From contig JAEXSP010000017.1 of NCBI GenBank assembly GCA_023453795.1, forward strand, positions 6,655-70,654: DNA of 64,000 nt, in the 5' to 3' direction. The notes below the pieces were generated by a model that was not told where the DNA came from, ran no database searches, and saw nothing but the letters and a program-made list of their open reading frames with translations. The position numbers and the translations under genes are program-made. Positions within the stretch are counted from its first letter, which is position 1. Each line of letters opens with the position of its first letter. This DNA comes from Bacillota bacterium (GTDB taxonomy: Bacteria; Bacillota; Clostridia; Acetivibrionales; JAEXSP01). Shown here one piece after another: positions 9,572-18,600 of the stretch.

Positions 9572-10828
9572 TTACAGTTCATCCTTTTTGATGGCTGCAT
9601 TAACGAAGGTATCGATCCCGTTCTTTTTCACCAATCTGAGTTCGCTGCTGTATACCTTGTTATCCGGATTCTGTTCAAGAATATCCAGGATCTCTATGAG
9701 CTTTGTGATGTACTCTCTGGTATTGACGGGAAGTATGGAATCTCTGGATTTCTTGAACTCAAGCAGCGACCAGTTTCTGATCCCCTCATTACTTAATTTT
9801 GGGGACCACTTAAAGGCTTTAACATGGTGTTCAATTATTTTGTCTGTCAATTCCTGTATATCTTCCAGGTTTAATCTCTTAAGCCTTATTACAGGCTTTC
9901 GTAAATTCGTAAAGGCAGCATCTGCGTTTCCGCTGCCGTTCCCGAGGCGTTGGTACAAGGCAGGGTATGTTTTTATGCCCTTTTCATCATTTTCAAAAAC
10001 CTCATTTGTACCTGCAAAAACAAACATGCATTTCCCGAATCCTCCGGACAAACTTTCATCAACTATATATCTTATATTTTCATAAGCATTTTTCCTGATA
10101 TCCGACCTGAGGTTCATCGCCAATTCAAGCTCATCGACAAGTATAATCAAACCGCTGTAACCCAGCAGACCGGTAAGACTGATAAAAGCCTTGAGAAAAT
10201 CGGTCGAGTTTTGTTTATCAATATCACCTTTTACATCAAACCGCGATTTGACATGGGCAGGGATGTTTTTTTCTCCCTTGATCCAGGATGCTGCTGCGTT
10301 TGAAAGCTCGGCATCACCGCTTATCTTTGCCTTGACATATACCAGAAAGGCGCGTGCAAAGGAGCTGTTAAAATTATTTAAAGAACCGATTACATTCCTG
10401 ATTTCTTCGGATGCCTTGTTTCTGTCCGAATATTCTTGAAGCTGGTTAACCCATATGTCGAAAATCGTTTCAAAATCCGTACCGGCAGACTCAGCAGCGT
10501 GAATGGAGAGGTTGTGCATTATATTATAATACAGCTGTTCCATATTGCTGAGGTTGAAGCCCTTGCTGATCATTATTTTAGACACAAGGAAATTTTCCTC
10601 TACAGCTGCCTGTCTGACAAGGCTGAGCATAAAGGACTTGCCGGCCCCGTACTCACCGGAAAGGAATTTGATTTCTCCGCTGCCTTCTTTTATATTCTTA
10701 AAGCAGCGCAAAAATTCTGTGAGTTCACTGCTTCTTCCTGTGCTCAGCAAGTGAAGGCTTGCATCAGGTATGACACCGTTCTTTAGAGCGTTAATAATCT
10801 TTTTTGATTGGAGGATGTCTGTTTCCAA
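9572..10828 (-). CDS. P-loop ATPase resembling the DUF2791/BrxD family
   Basis: The N-terminus IINALKNGVIPDASLHLLSTGRSSELTEFL...FLSGEYGAGKSFML follows my recollection of the BrxD/DUF2791 pattern (helical N-terminus, then G-x-G-x-GKS). A Walker-B-like LIILVDELE follows. TTG start at 10828 with a GAGGT RBS. Confidence 0.55.
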   Translation of the reverse strand: METDILQSKKIINALKNGVIPDASLHLLSTGRSSELTEFLRCFKNIKEGSGEIKFLSGEYGAGKSFMLSLVRQAAVEENFLVSKIMISKGFNLSNMEQLYYNIMHNLSIHAAESAGTDFETIFDIWVNQLQEYSDRNKASEEIRNVIGSLNNFNSSFARAFLVYVKAKISGDAELSNAAASWIKGEKNIPAHVKSRFDVKGDIDKQNSTDFLKAFISLTGLLGYSGLIILVDELELAMNLRSDIRKNAYENIRYIVDESLSGGFGKCMFVFAGTNEVFENDEKGIKTYPALYQRLGNGSGNADAAFTNLRKPVIRLKRLNLEDIQELTDKIIEHHVKAFKWSPKLSNEGIRNWSLLEFKKSRDSILPVNTREYITKLIEILDILEQNPDNKVYSSELRLVKKNGIDTFVNAAIKKDEL

Positions 10829-11192
10829 GGTAGTACCTCAATATAATTTATATATGAGAAAATTGTAACATAAAAATAGAATTTGTAATTAATAAATTTT
10901 GTTAATGATATTTATGATATATAGATTGTAGAAGAGATGACTTGGATACCCATAAAAAGAAAGAAACTATACTAATGTATCGTTTTAGTAATGGCGGAAA
11001 ATGGGATATTCAGTAAAATATTTTCTTTAAATAACTAATAATATGTAATATAATGTAATTTATAGTGAATTCGTTTAATATATTTAATAAAATTTTAATT
11101 AATAAAAATAGATTGCCTTTCCTAGTAAACTCATACATATTCTAGTAACTAAGTGAATTCATAAATAAAATAATTTTTCGGAGGTAAAAACC

Positions 11193-12101
11193 ATGAAAAA
11201 ACTCTTGTTTTCTATCATCATGTCTTTTATTCTGGTAAGCTTGGCACCATCTTCAGCAATTTTTGCTGAAACCACTCAAATCAAGGGCAGTGACGTTATG
11301 ATTATCGGCGATTCATATTTCGCGCTGTCCGGTGAAATTGTCAGAGCCTTAGAAAGAGAAGCTAGAAATGCTGGTGTTTTAGGTGCAAATGATAGTTTTA
11401 GAAACAACCCAGTATCTGGAGCTACACTAGCAAATAACGGCATTCCTTCTCAGTACAAAAATGGTATTAGTTCGGGTAAAGTTAAGTATGTTATAATGGA
11501 TGGCGGTGGAAACGATTGCCTGCAAGGTTATACTCCTCCACCATATAATGCAAGCACTCCTTTTATTAAAAATGCAACAGATGCAGTTACTGAACTATTG
11601 AAACAAATGAAAGCTGATGGAGTTGTAAAAGTATTTTATTTGTTCTATCCTAATCCAAATGGGGATCTCAACGGTTTAAAGGGAAAATTGGATGCATTAA
11701 GACCGATAATGCAATCTACAGTAGCTAACGCAGCAGTAAAGCCAGAAACATATTTCTTTGATATAAGACCAACATGGGACGGACATTTATCAGAGTATAC
11801 ACTACCAGATGGTATACATCCTACTACAGCCGGAAGTGTAGCAACAGCACAAGCTATGTGGGCTGAAATGCAAAAGGTTAACTTTTTCGGTACTACTCCT
11901 ACAATAAAATATGGAGATTATAACAATGATGGAGGTGTTGATGCCTTGGATTTCGCCTCTTTTAAGACGTATTTGATGAATCCTCAGCGTACATACACTG
12001 AAGTTTTGGATCTTAATTGTGATAGTACCGTAGATGCAATCGACTTTGCTATCATGAAACAGTACCTGCTGCATATCGTAAATAGTTTGCCTTACAAATA
12101 G
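11193..12101 (+). CDS. Secreted SGNH/GDSL-family esterase with a C-terminal type-I dockerin (cellulosomal carbohydrate esterase candidate)
   Basis: Signal peptide [29 protein letters not shown] blocks are IIGDSYF, GGGND and the DGIHP region. A duplicated Ca-binding dockerin repeat is visible: [21 protein letters not shown] and [21 protein letters not shown]. Confidence 0.85.
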   Translation: MKKLLFSIIMSFILVSLAPSSAIFAETTQIKGSDVMIIGDSYFALSGEIVRALEREARNAGVLGANDSFRNNPVSGATLANNGIPSQYKNGISSGKVKYVIMDGGGNDCLQGYTPPPYNASTPFIKNATDAVTELLKQMKADGVVKVFYLFYPNPNGDLNGLKGKLDALRPIMQSTVANAAVKPETYFFDIRPTWDGHLSEYTLPDGIHPTTAGSVATAQAMWAEMQKVNFFGTTPTIKYGDYNNDGGVDALDFASFKTYLMNPQRTYTEVLDLNCDSTVDAIDFAIMKQYLLHIVNSLPYK

Positions 12102-12161
12102 AAATCCTGTTATAATCCTAAAACAAAGTTAACGTAAATATGTAACAATTAATTCTAATAA

Positions 12162-12240
12162 TCCCGAATACATTGCTTTTATCAATAGAAAGAATTGCGA
12201 AGTCTACTGGATAAATCGGTAATGTATTCGGGAGTTTTTT
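12162..12240. terminator. Long-loop inverted repeat between convergent genes, possibly a bidirectional terminator
   Basis: 13-bp stem TCCCGAATACATT (12162..12174) / AATGTATTCGGGA (12221..12233) followed by GTTTTTT. The loop is about 46 nt. Confidence 0.55.
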
Positions 12241-12268
12241 ATGTCTGTATTAGGTTTTTGTTTTATCA

Positions 12269-14539
12269 CTATTTACTTGTTAATTGAACAGTTATATTCT
12301 CAATCTGATCAGCTTTATCAAGCTCTAGAGTATATGATTTTGAGGCTCCTGAAGACACCAATGCATCAGTGCTTTTGGTCACTACCAGGCTCTTATTAAT
12401 ATCATACGCATTTACTGTAATTCCTAAGGTCTGTAGTTTCTGACTACCATTTTCTATAGCGCCTGTAACTATTACTTTGCCATTTTCGGTTCTATAACCG
12501 CTTGAAAGTAAAAGTATACCGGATGCCTTCCCGGTGGCTTGTACAATTACATGGTCTATTTGGTTAGCTGCGTCAAGCTGCATAGTATATGATTTCGAGG
12601 CTCTTGAATTCACCATTGAGTCTGTGCATTTAGTTTCCACAGGTTTACCGTTTTTGTCGTACCCAGTAGCCACTATTCCTGCAAATTGCAATGTATTAGA
12701 ACCATTTTCTACAGCACCTGTAACTATTACTTTGCCATTTTCGGTTCTATAACCGCTTGAAAGTAAAAGTATATCGGATGTCTTCCCAGTGGCTTGCACA
12801 ATTACATGATCTATTTGGTTAGCTGCGTCAAGATGCAAAGTATATGATTTCGAGGCTCCTGAATTCACCATTGAATCAGTGCATTTAGTTTCTAAAGGCT
12901 TATCGTTTTTATCATAACCTGTTGCAGCTATTCCTGCAAATTGTAATTTACCAGTTCCATTTTCTACAGCACCTGTAACTATTACTTTGCCATTTTCGGT
13001 TCTATAACCGCTTGAAAGTAAAAGTATATCAGATGCCTTCCCAGTGGCTTGTACAATTACATGATCTATTTGGGTAGCTGCGTCAAGCTGTAAAGTATAT
13101 GATTTCGAGGCTCCTGAATTCACCAGTGAGTCAGTGCATTTAGTTTCTAAAGGCTTATCGTTTTTATCATAACCAGTAGCTGCTATTCCCACATATTGTA
13201 ATTTACCAGTACCATTTTCTATAGCACCTGTAACCACAACCTTACCATTTTGGGTTATGTAGCTGCTTGATAACAATTGTATTGTTTCAGATTTCCCAGA
13301 AGCTTTAACAACAACATATTTTATGTTTTTTACATTATTAAGTTGTAAAGTATATGTTTTTGATGCTCCTGAATTCACCATCGAATCAGTGCTTTTTGTT
13401 TCTATTGGTTTATTCTTTTTATCGTAACCAGTAGCTGCTATTCCTACAGATTGCAGCTTGTTAGTACCGTTTTCTACCGAACCGGTAACTATTACTTTCC
13501 CGTTTTCGGTCCTATAACCGCTTGAAAGTAAAAGTATATCAGATGCCTTCCCTGTAGCTTGTACAATTACATGATCTATTTGGTTAGCCGCATCAAGCTG
13601 CAAAGCATATGATTTCGTGGCTCCCGAATTCACCATTGAATCAGTGCACTTAGTTTCTAAAGGCTTATTGTTTTTATCATAACCTGTTGCTGTTATTCCT
13701 ACATATTGTAATTTATTAGTGCCATTTTCTATAGCACCTGTAACTAGTACTTTGCCGTTTTCAATTCTATAACCACTTGATAATAATTTTATGTCTGTTT
13801 CACTGCCTGTTGATTTCACTTCAACATGATCAATTCTTGTTCCGGAATCAAGTATAAGCTGTTTCTCTGCAACCTCGCCGGTATTAAGAAACGAATCTAT
13901 GCATTTTGTTTCGATGGGTTTATTGTTTTTATCATATCCTGTTGCAACAATTCCAACATAATTCATTTTTTTTTCTAAATTAATTACTTCCGCATCGACA
14001 ATAACTTTTCCGTCTTTCCTTTTCCAACAGTTTTCTCTTAACAAACTGATGCCGTTAGCTGTAGAAAACCTCTTTATTTCCACATAATCAATCTCTTTAG
14101 ATTTATCAACATTAATTTTAAAAGATTTTTCCTGACAGCTCTTAATATAATTAAAGACAAAATCCGTATCGGTAGATGCGCCGAATTTATAGTGCACTTC
14201 TACAGCAAATATTGAGCTATCAGAATTATTATTTACTAAAGTTCCTGCGATAGATGTTACGTCATTAATTTTACTTATAGCAACACCTTTAACGAATTTT
14301 TTTAATGTATCACCCGGATTTTTACCATCAAGGATATCTGCAGCTAATTCAACTTCATAACCATTAGGCAGTTCCATAATATCTGTTAATCCAGTTGGAG
14401 AATTGTCCAGCACTTTTGCTATACTTCTGATTCCTTCAATATAATCCTTACTAGTATCCTTTGCATAAGCATTCATTGATAATAGTGATAAATTAGCAAT
14501 TAAACAAAATATTGCTATAATAGATATTATCTTTTTCAT
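12269..14539 (-). CDS. Secreted protein with seven tandem 85-aa domains (possibly FxLYD-like beta-sandwich modules)
   Basis: I prefer the ATG at 14539 (GGAG RBS; MKKIISIIAIFCLIANLSLLSMNAYA signal peptide) over the track start at 14572. Seven units of the type LLSSGYRTENGKVIVTGAVENGTGKLQFAGIAATGYDKNDKPLETKCTDSMVNSGASKSYTL.LDAANQIDHVIVQATGK. Confidence 0.8.
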   Translation of the reverse strand: MKKIISIIAIFCLIANLSLLSMNAYAKDTSKDYIEGIRSIAKVLDNSPTGLTDIMELPNGYEVELAADILDGKNPGDTLKKFVKGVAISKINDVTSIAGTLVNNNSDSSIFAVEVHYKFGASTDTDFVFNYIKSCQEKSFKINVDKSKEIDYVEIKRFSTANGISLLRENCWKRKDGKVIVDAEVINLEKKMNYVGIVATGYDKNNKPIETKCIDSFLNTGEVAEKQLILDSGTRIDHVEVKSTGSETDIKLLSSGYRIENGKVLVTGAIENGTNKLQYVGITATGYDKNNKPLETKCTDSMVNSGATKSYALQLDAANQIDHVIVQATGKASDILLLSSGYRTENGKVIVTGSVENGTNKLQSVGIAATGYDKKNKPIETKSTDSMVNSGASKTYTLQLNNVKNIKYVVVKASGKSETIQLLSSSYITQNGKVVVTGAIENGTGKLQYVGIAATGYDKNDKPLETKCTDSLVNSGASKSYTLQLDAATQIDHVIVQATGKASDILLLSSGYRTENGKVIVTGAVENGTGKLQFAGIAATGYDKNDKPLETKCTDSMVNSGASKSYTLHLDAANQIDHVIVQATGKTSDILLLSSGYRTENGKVIVTGAVENGSNTLQFAGIVATGYDKNGKPVETKCTDSMVNSRASKSYTMQLDAANQIDHVIVQATGKASGILLLSSGYRTENGKVIVTGAIENGSQKLQTLGITVNAYDINKSLVVTKSTDALVSSGASKSYTLELDKADQIENITVQLTSK
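12272..14056 (-). repeat. Intragenic tandem repeat, 7 x 255 nt
   Basis: TCTATAACCGCTTGAAAGTAAAAGTATA recurs at 12491, 12746 and 13001, and as CCTATAACCG... at 13511 (spacings 255, 255 and 510). A 74-nt run is identical between 12702..12775 and 12957..13030. Confidence 0.95.
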
Positions 14540-14777
14540 TTTCGTACTCCAGTCATTAATAATTTTTTTCATATAGATTCAATAGGAGTCTTGCTCATTA
14601 TTATACGGTCCGTATTAATAGACTACAGTATACATAACCATTTATCAATACAATCTTACTTAATTATGATAATTAGTAAAAAGCAGCAATATATGCACTC
14701 AAGGAATAAGAAATGCCCGTCACGGTTTCTGTCAAAAGCCTGTAACCAAAGAAAATCAAGCCCCTCCAAACCTTCGC

Positions 14778-15680
14778 TTATCTATAAAACACCATCGTGA
14801 AATAACTTGTCGTCTCCTTCGGGTTGATTTTGATGATCCTTGCGGAATTGCTGTGGGCGAGGAGTTTTGATTTGTCTGCTCCTTCGGCGGTCATTGCGGA
14901 TAAAAATGAAATAAGAGTAGGGGGGGAGTCAAGGTTATCGTTGCCCATCCCGTCGATTTCCTTCAGGTTTCTGTCGTTAATTGCCTTAAGAGTCACCTCA
15001 TCCATTTTGTCGGCCTTGTCAAGAGTCAGATAGTGCGAAAAGTCTATGGATGCAATAACTATATATTTCTTACCCTTCAGTTTGTTTTGAATTGCCTCTC
15101 CCAGCCTGCGGGAATCATCAAGGCTATTGTTGCCGTTGAGAAGGAGTGGCAGGATTCGGGCATTCGGCATGTAGTACTTGATATATGGAACAAGACCTGA
15201 GATTGAATGGTCTTCCTGCATCAGAGCGGAGTTGGAGCCTGAGATGCCCCCATTCACAAGAGACTCCGCATCTTCCGCGGCTGCTTTAAGTATTCCGAAG
15301 GGAGTTTGCCAGTCAAGGCTGGAGGTCTGAACATAATTGACACCCAAACCCTTATGATTGGGGGCCAAAACTACAACAACCTCAGGATCGGCGGCAGATA
15401 CCGTTTTCATAAATGAAGAAATAAGGCTGCCTGCAAGTAAATGATGCGGTGTTATACCTCCGCAGACGGAAGCACCGGGAAGAGGAGTCCCGGATGCTTC
15501 TGTAACGGATTTTCTAAAATCCTTTTCATTATAAAAATTGCATTTAAGGTATTCAACGCGTTTATAGGCTTCACCCGAAGCTTTGTTGTCTTTCACTTCA
15601 GGCTTGCTGTTTAAGTATAGTATCACAGACAGACAGGCTGCAAAAAGTATTGCGGCGGTTAAAAGCAATTTCCTTTTCAT
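14778..15680 (-). CDS. Memo-like (AmmeMemoRadiSam system protein B / class III extradiol dioxygenase-fold) protein with an N-terminal signal or anchor
   Basis: Family-like blocks are GGITPHHLLAG, VVVVLAPNHKG, DWQTPFG, QEDHSISGLVPY and IASIDFSHY. The N-terminus MKRKLLLTAAILFAACLSVILYL is hydrophobic. The start lies 11 nt after the upstream stop. Confidence 0.65.
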   Translation of the reverse strand: MKRKLLLTAAILFAACLSVILYLNSKPEVKDNKASGEAYKRVEYLKCNFYNEKDFRKSVTEASGTPLPGASVCGGITPHHLLAGSLISSFMKTVSAADPEVVVVLAPNHKGLGVNYVQTSSLDWQTPFGILKAAAEDAESLVNGGISGSNSALMQEDHSISGLVPYIKYYMPNARILPLLLNGNNSLDDSRRLGEAIQNKLKGKKYIVIASIDFSHYLTLDKADKMDEVTLKAINDRNLKEIDGMGNDNLDSPPTLISFLSAMTAEGADKSKLLAHSNSARIIKINPKETTSYFTMVFYR

Positions 15681-15691
15681 AGTAACCCCTT

Positions 15692-18600
15692 TTATTTTAT
15701 TATTTCTATCTGCTTCCGGGCCGCAAAGCCTGATGCATCGCTTTCCACGTCTTTAATTACTGCATAATCCGCAGTAAATTTACCCGGTGATACCGCTCTT
15801 GCGTAGTAAACAACATCCTTCAAAGGCTCCTTGCTGTTCTTTTGGTAATTATACCAGAAGGTTACCTTTTGGCTGTTTATATCTTCAAAGTACCAGTTAT
15901 TGCCGTAGGTTTGCCTGCTGGGTACATATCTGAGGCATGACGGCAGTACATCGGTAATTTCATAAAAACCGTCAGGTGCTGTTTCGGAAAAGCTGGGGTG
16001 CAATACTATCTTAATCAGCTCAGATTGATTGAAGCTGCCGGTTTGCCTGTTATCAGAGGAGTAAGTCCTATTCAGCCTGATAACGCTGCCGGCTTTTAAT
16101 AAGTCTGTTATTGGACCGGTAAAGCTTGATGTTACTTCAATATTGCCGGATATATCGGTTAAACCTATATTTTTAAGCTTTTCAGGAGTAAGCGTTACCT
16201 GGAAGGTTTCACTCTTATTCAATTTAACAACCTTTTTAACACCCTCAAGATTCAATGTAAATTTGCTTGATTTGGAGGCATCGGGAGCAGAAGCAGTAAC
16301 AAAAATCATTTTTTCCAGGTTAACAAGTATGTCCTTTGTCGAATTTTTAGTTACATAAGCAAAGAGTCCGTTTTTCTCGGGGGCATTTATTTTCATGGCT
16401 AAGACGGAAAGCAGAGCGGTTGAATCAATAACATCATCCCTGTCCTTTCCTGAATCCAGATAAATATACGGATCAACATGCTTCAAACCGGAGGCGATTT
16501 TTGAGTAAACGCTTTCCGCACCGGAGGAATCTCCTATTTCAGCCAGAGCTATACCCAGATAAATTCTTTCCTTGCTTCCTATTCCCTTGGATTCAAGCAA
16601 ATCCTTGATTTCAAGCAGAACGGGCTCATTAAGTGATGCCAGACCCCAATAGGCTGCGGCAACATTTTCAGGAGAGGCTTCGGTATTGTTTATAATGCTG
16701 TAAAAATACTGTTTAGCAGCCGATTCGTCAATAGAGTCCTTGGCAAGAGAGCATACTTTTGCCGACAATACAGGATCACTGCTGTCATATGAAAGTAATG
16801 CGATTCCGCCGTCACTGCACTGATATGCCTGCAGGTTGAATTCTTCACTGCTGTCATACCAGGAGGCATAATCAGGGTAATATTTCTTCATAAGCTCAAG
16901 CGAAAGCTTGCGGGAAAGCTTCTGGTCAACCCTGTCGCCCCATTGCCACATGAGATCCCACAGGGTATTGAGATACATTGAGGAAGCTTTATTATAGAAG
17001 GTAAGGGTTGTAAGTGATGAGCCTCCCTCAGGCTTAAGGCCTTCTTTAAGTGTATACTGCCTGGTTCTGGATGTTTCAAGTATATTGTTTACAACCTTAA
17101 AATCCTTTTTGATTGCGTCCTTGTACTTGCCTTTGACAGCACTTACAGTAACGGAATATTTTCCTTCGCTCAGTTTGCCCAGGGTGGTGTTTGCATATCC
17201 GTTCCCCAAGCCTTTTTCGGTAAATGTCTTTTTGTAGCCGTTCTGGCCCGTAACAGTAACGGTATAATCAACAGAATCATTTTTATCAACTGCCGTTCCA
17301 AAAGATCTGGCTGTGATTGAGGGGCTGTCACCAACCATAAATACATTGTTGAATATGACATCAATAAAGAAGGGAAGCTTGGAGGTTACGTTGACAGTTC
17401 CGTTCCCGGCATGGAGATCGTCGGTTACGCCCTGATATGTTATTCTCCATGAAGTCAGGTTATCCGGAAGCGTGAAGCTTATTTCACCCTTTCCGTCGCT
17501 TCCTGTTTGGACAGTGCCGAAATAGCCGTTATCCTTGAACATATATCTAACCGATTCGTCTCCGCCTTCTCCCATCTCGGCGGCATTATTGCCGTTTAAG
17601 TCCAGCTGTCGGAAGGATACATAATCCGAAATTATTCCGGTATAGAAGCTGCTTCTGTACAAGGATTCCAGTGTATCCACACTCTGATCCTGTATAGCAA
17701 AGAACGCTTCATCAACCACGCTGAGATTTACCTCTGCTTTGCATGGCTTCCCGGAGGAGTCTGTTACGCTTATATCAAGCTTTACCTTTTCACCGGGCTT
17801 ATACTCTTTTTTGTCCGGCTCAACCTTGATATTGAGCTTTTCTTTTTCATAATCGTACAGGATTTCCTTGCAGCCTGCATTAAAGATGTTTTTCCCGTCA
17901 AAGTAAACACCCTGTACATACATGTTCGGAATATACGAGGAATCAAAGTCAAAGGAATATTTCGTATTGCCCGTAACCGTATAGTCAAGGAGCCCGTTTG
18001 AAAGACGGAGGTACAAAGAACGTGCATTTGAGCTTTCGGGCACGGCCTGGCCGTTGCAATTGATATCTAGAGATACTGCGTCTCCTGTTTTAAATCTGCT
18101 TTTATTGTTTGTACTCTCAACGGTGTAATATTTGAAGCCCGAGGTATAAGAATTGGGGTCATACCCTGAATAACCGTCAAGGTAAGTATCCTCAACTATT
18201 GTATTATTGTGTGAATCGGTTCCCTTGATTGAGATCCTATAGTTTTTATTTTTATCTGCATCAATATTGAAATCAAAGGAATACTTGCCGCTCTCCGTTC
18301 TAAAATCAAATTCTTTAACTATTTTTTCTTCTTTTGTGTATTGATAAAGCTTGTGAACGGTCTTGTCTATAAAATCGTAATATTTACCGTTCTCCTTAGC
18401 TGTCCAATATTCTTCATAAATAGTGGCATGAAGCTGTTTATCGACAGTGCCGCCCCTGTATGCATCAGTTGAATACCATAAATCATCCTCAAGTGTCTTT
18501 TTATTAAAGGAAACAGAATGGGTCTGAACGTCAACCAGGCCTTTTGCACCCTTTTTAGCAGTTTTTGTTTCTATCATGAAGTCGCTCGGGAAAACCACCA

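Noticed and set aside
12272-14056. Possibility that the regular repeats are a CRISPR array or mobile-element repeats
   Set aside because: The period is 255 nt with no unique spacers. The repeats are in frame within one long ORF and encode a repeated protein domain.
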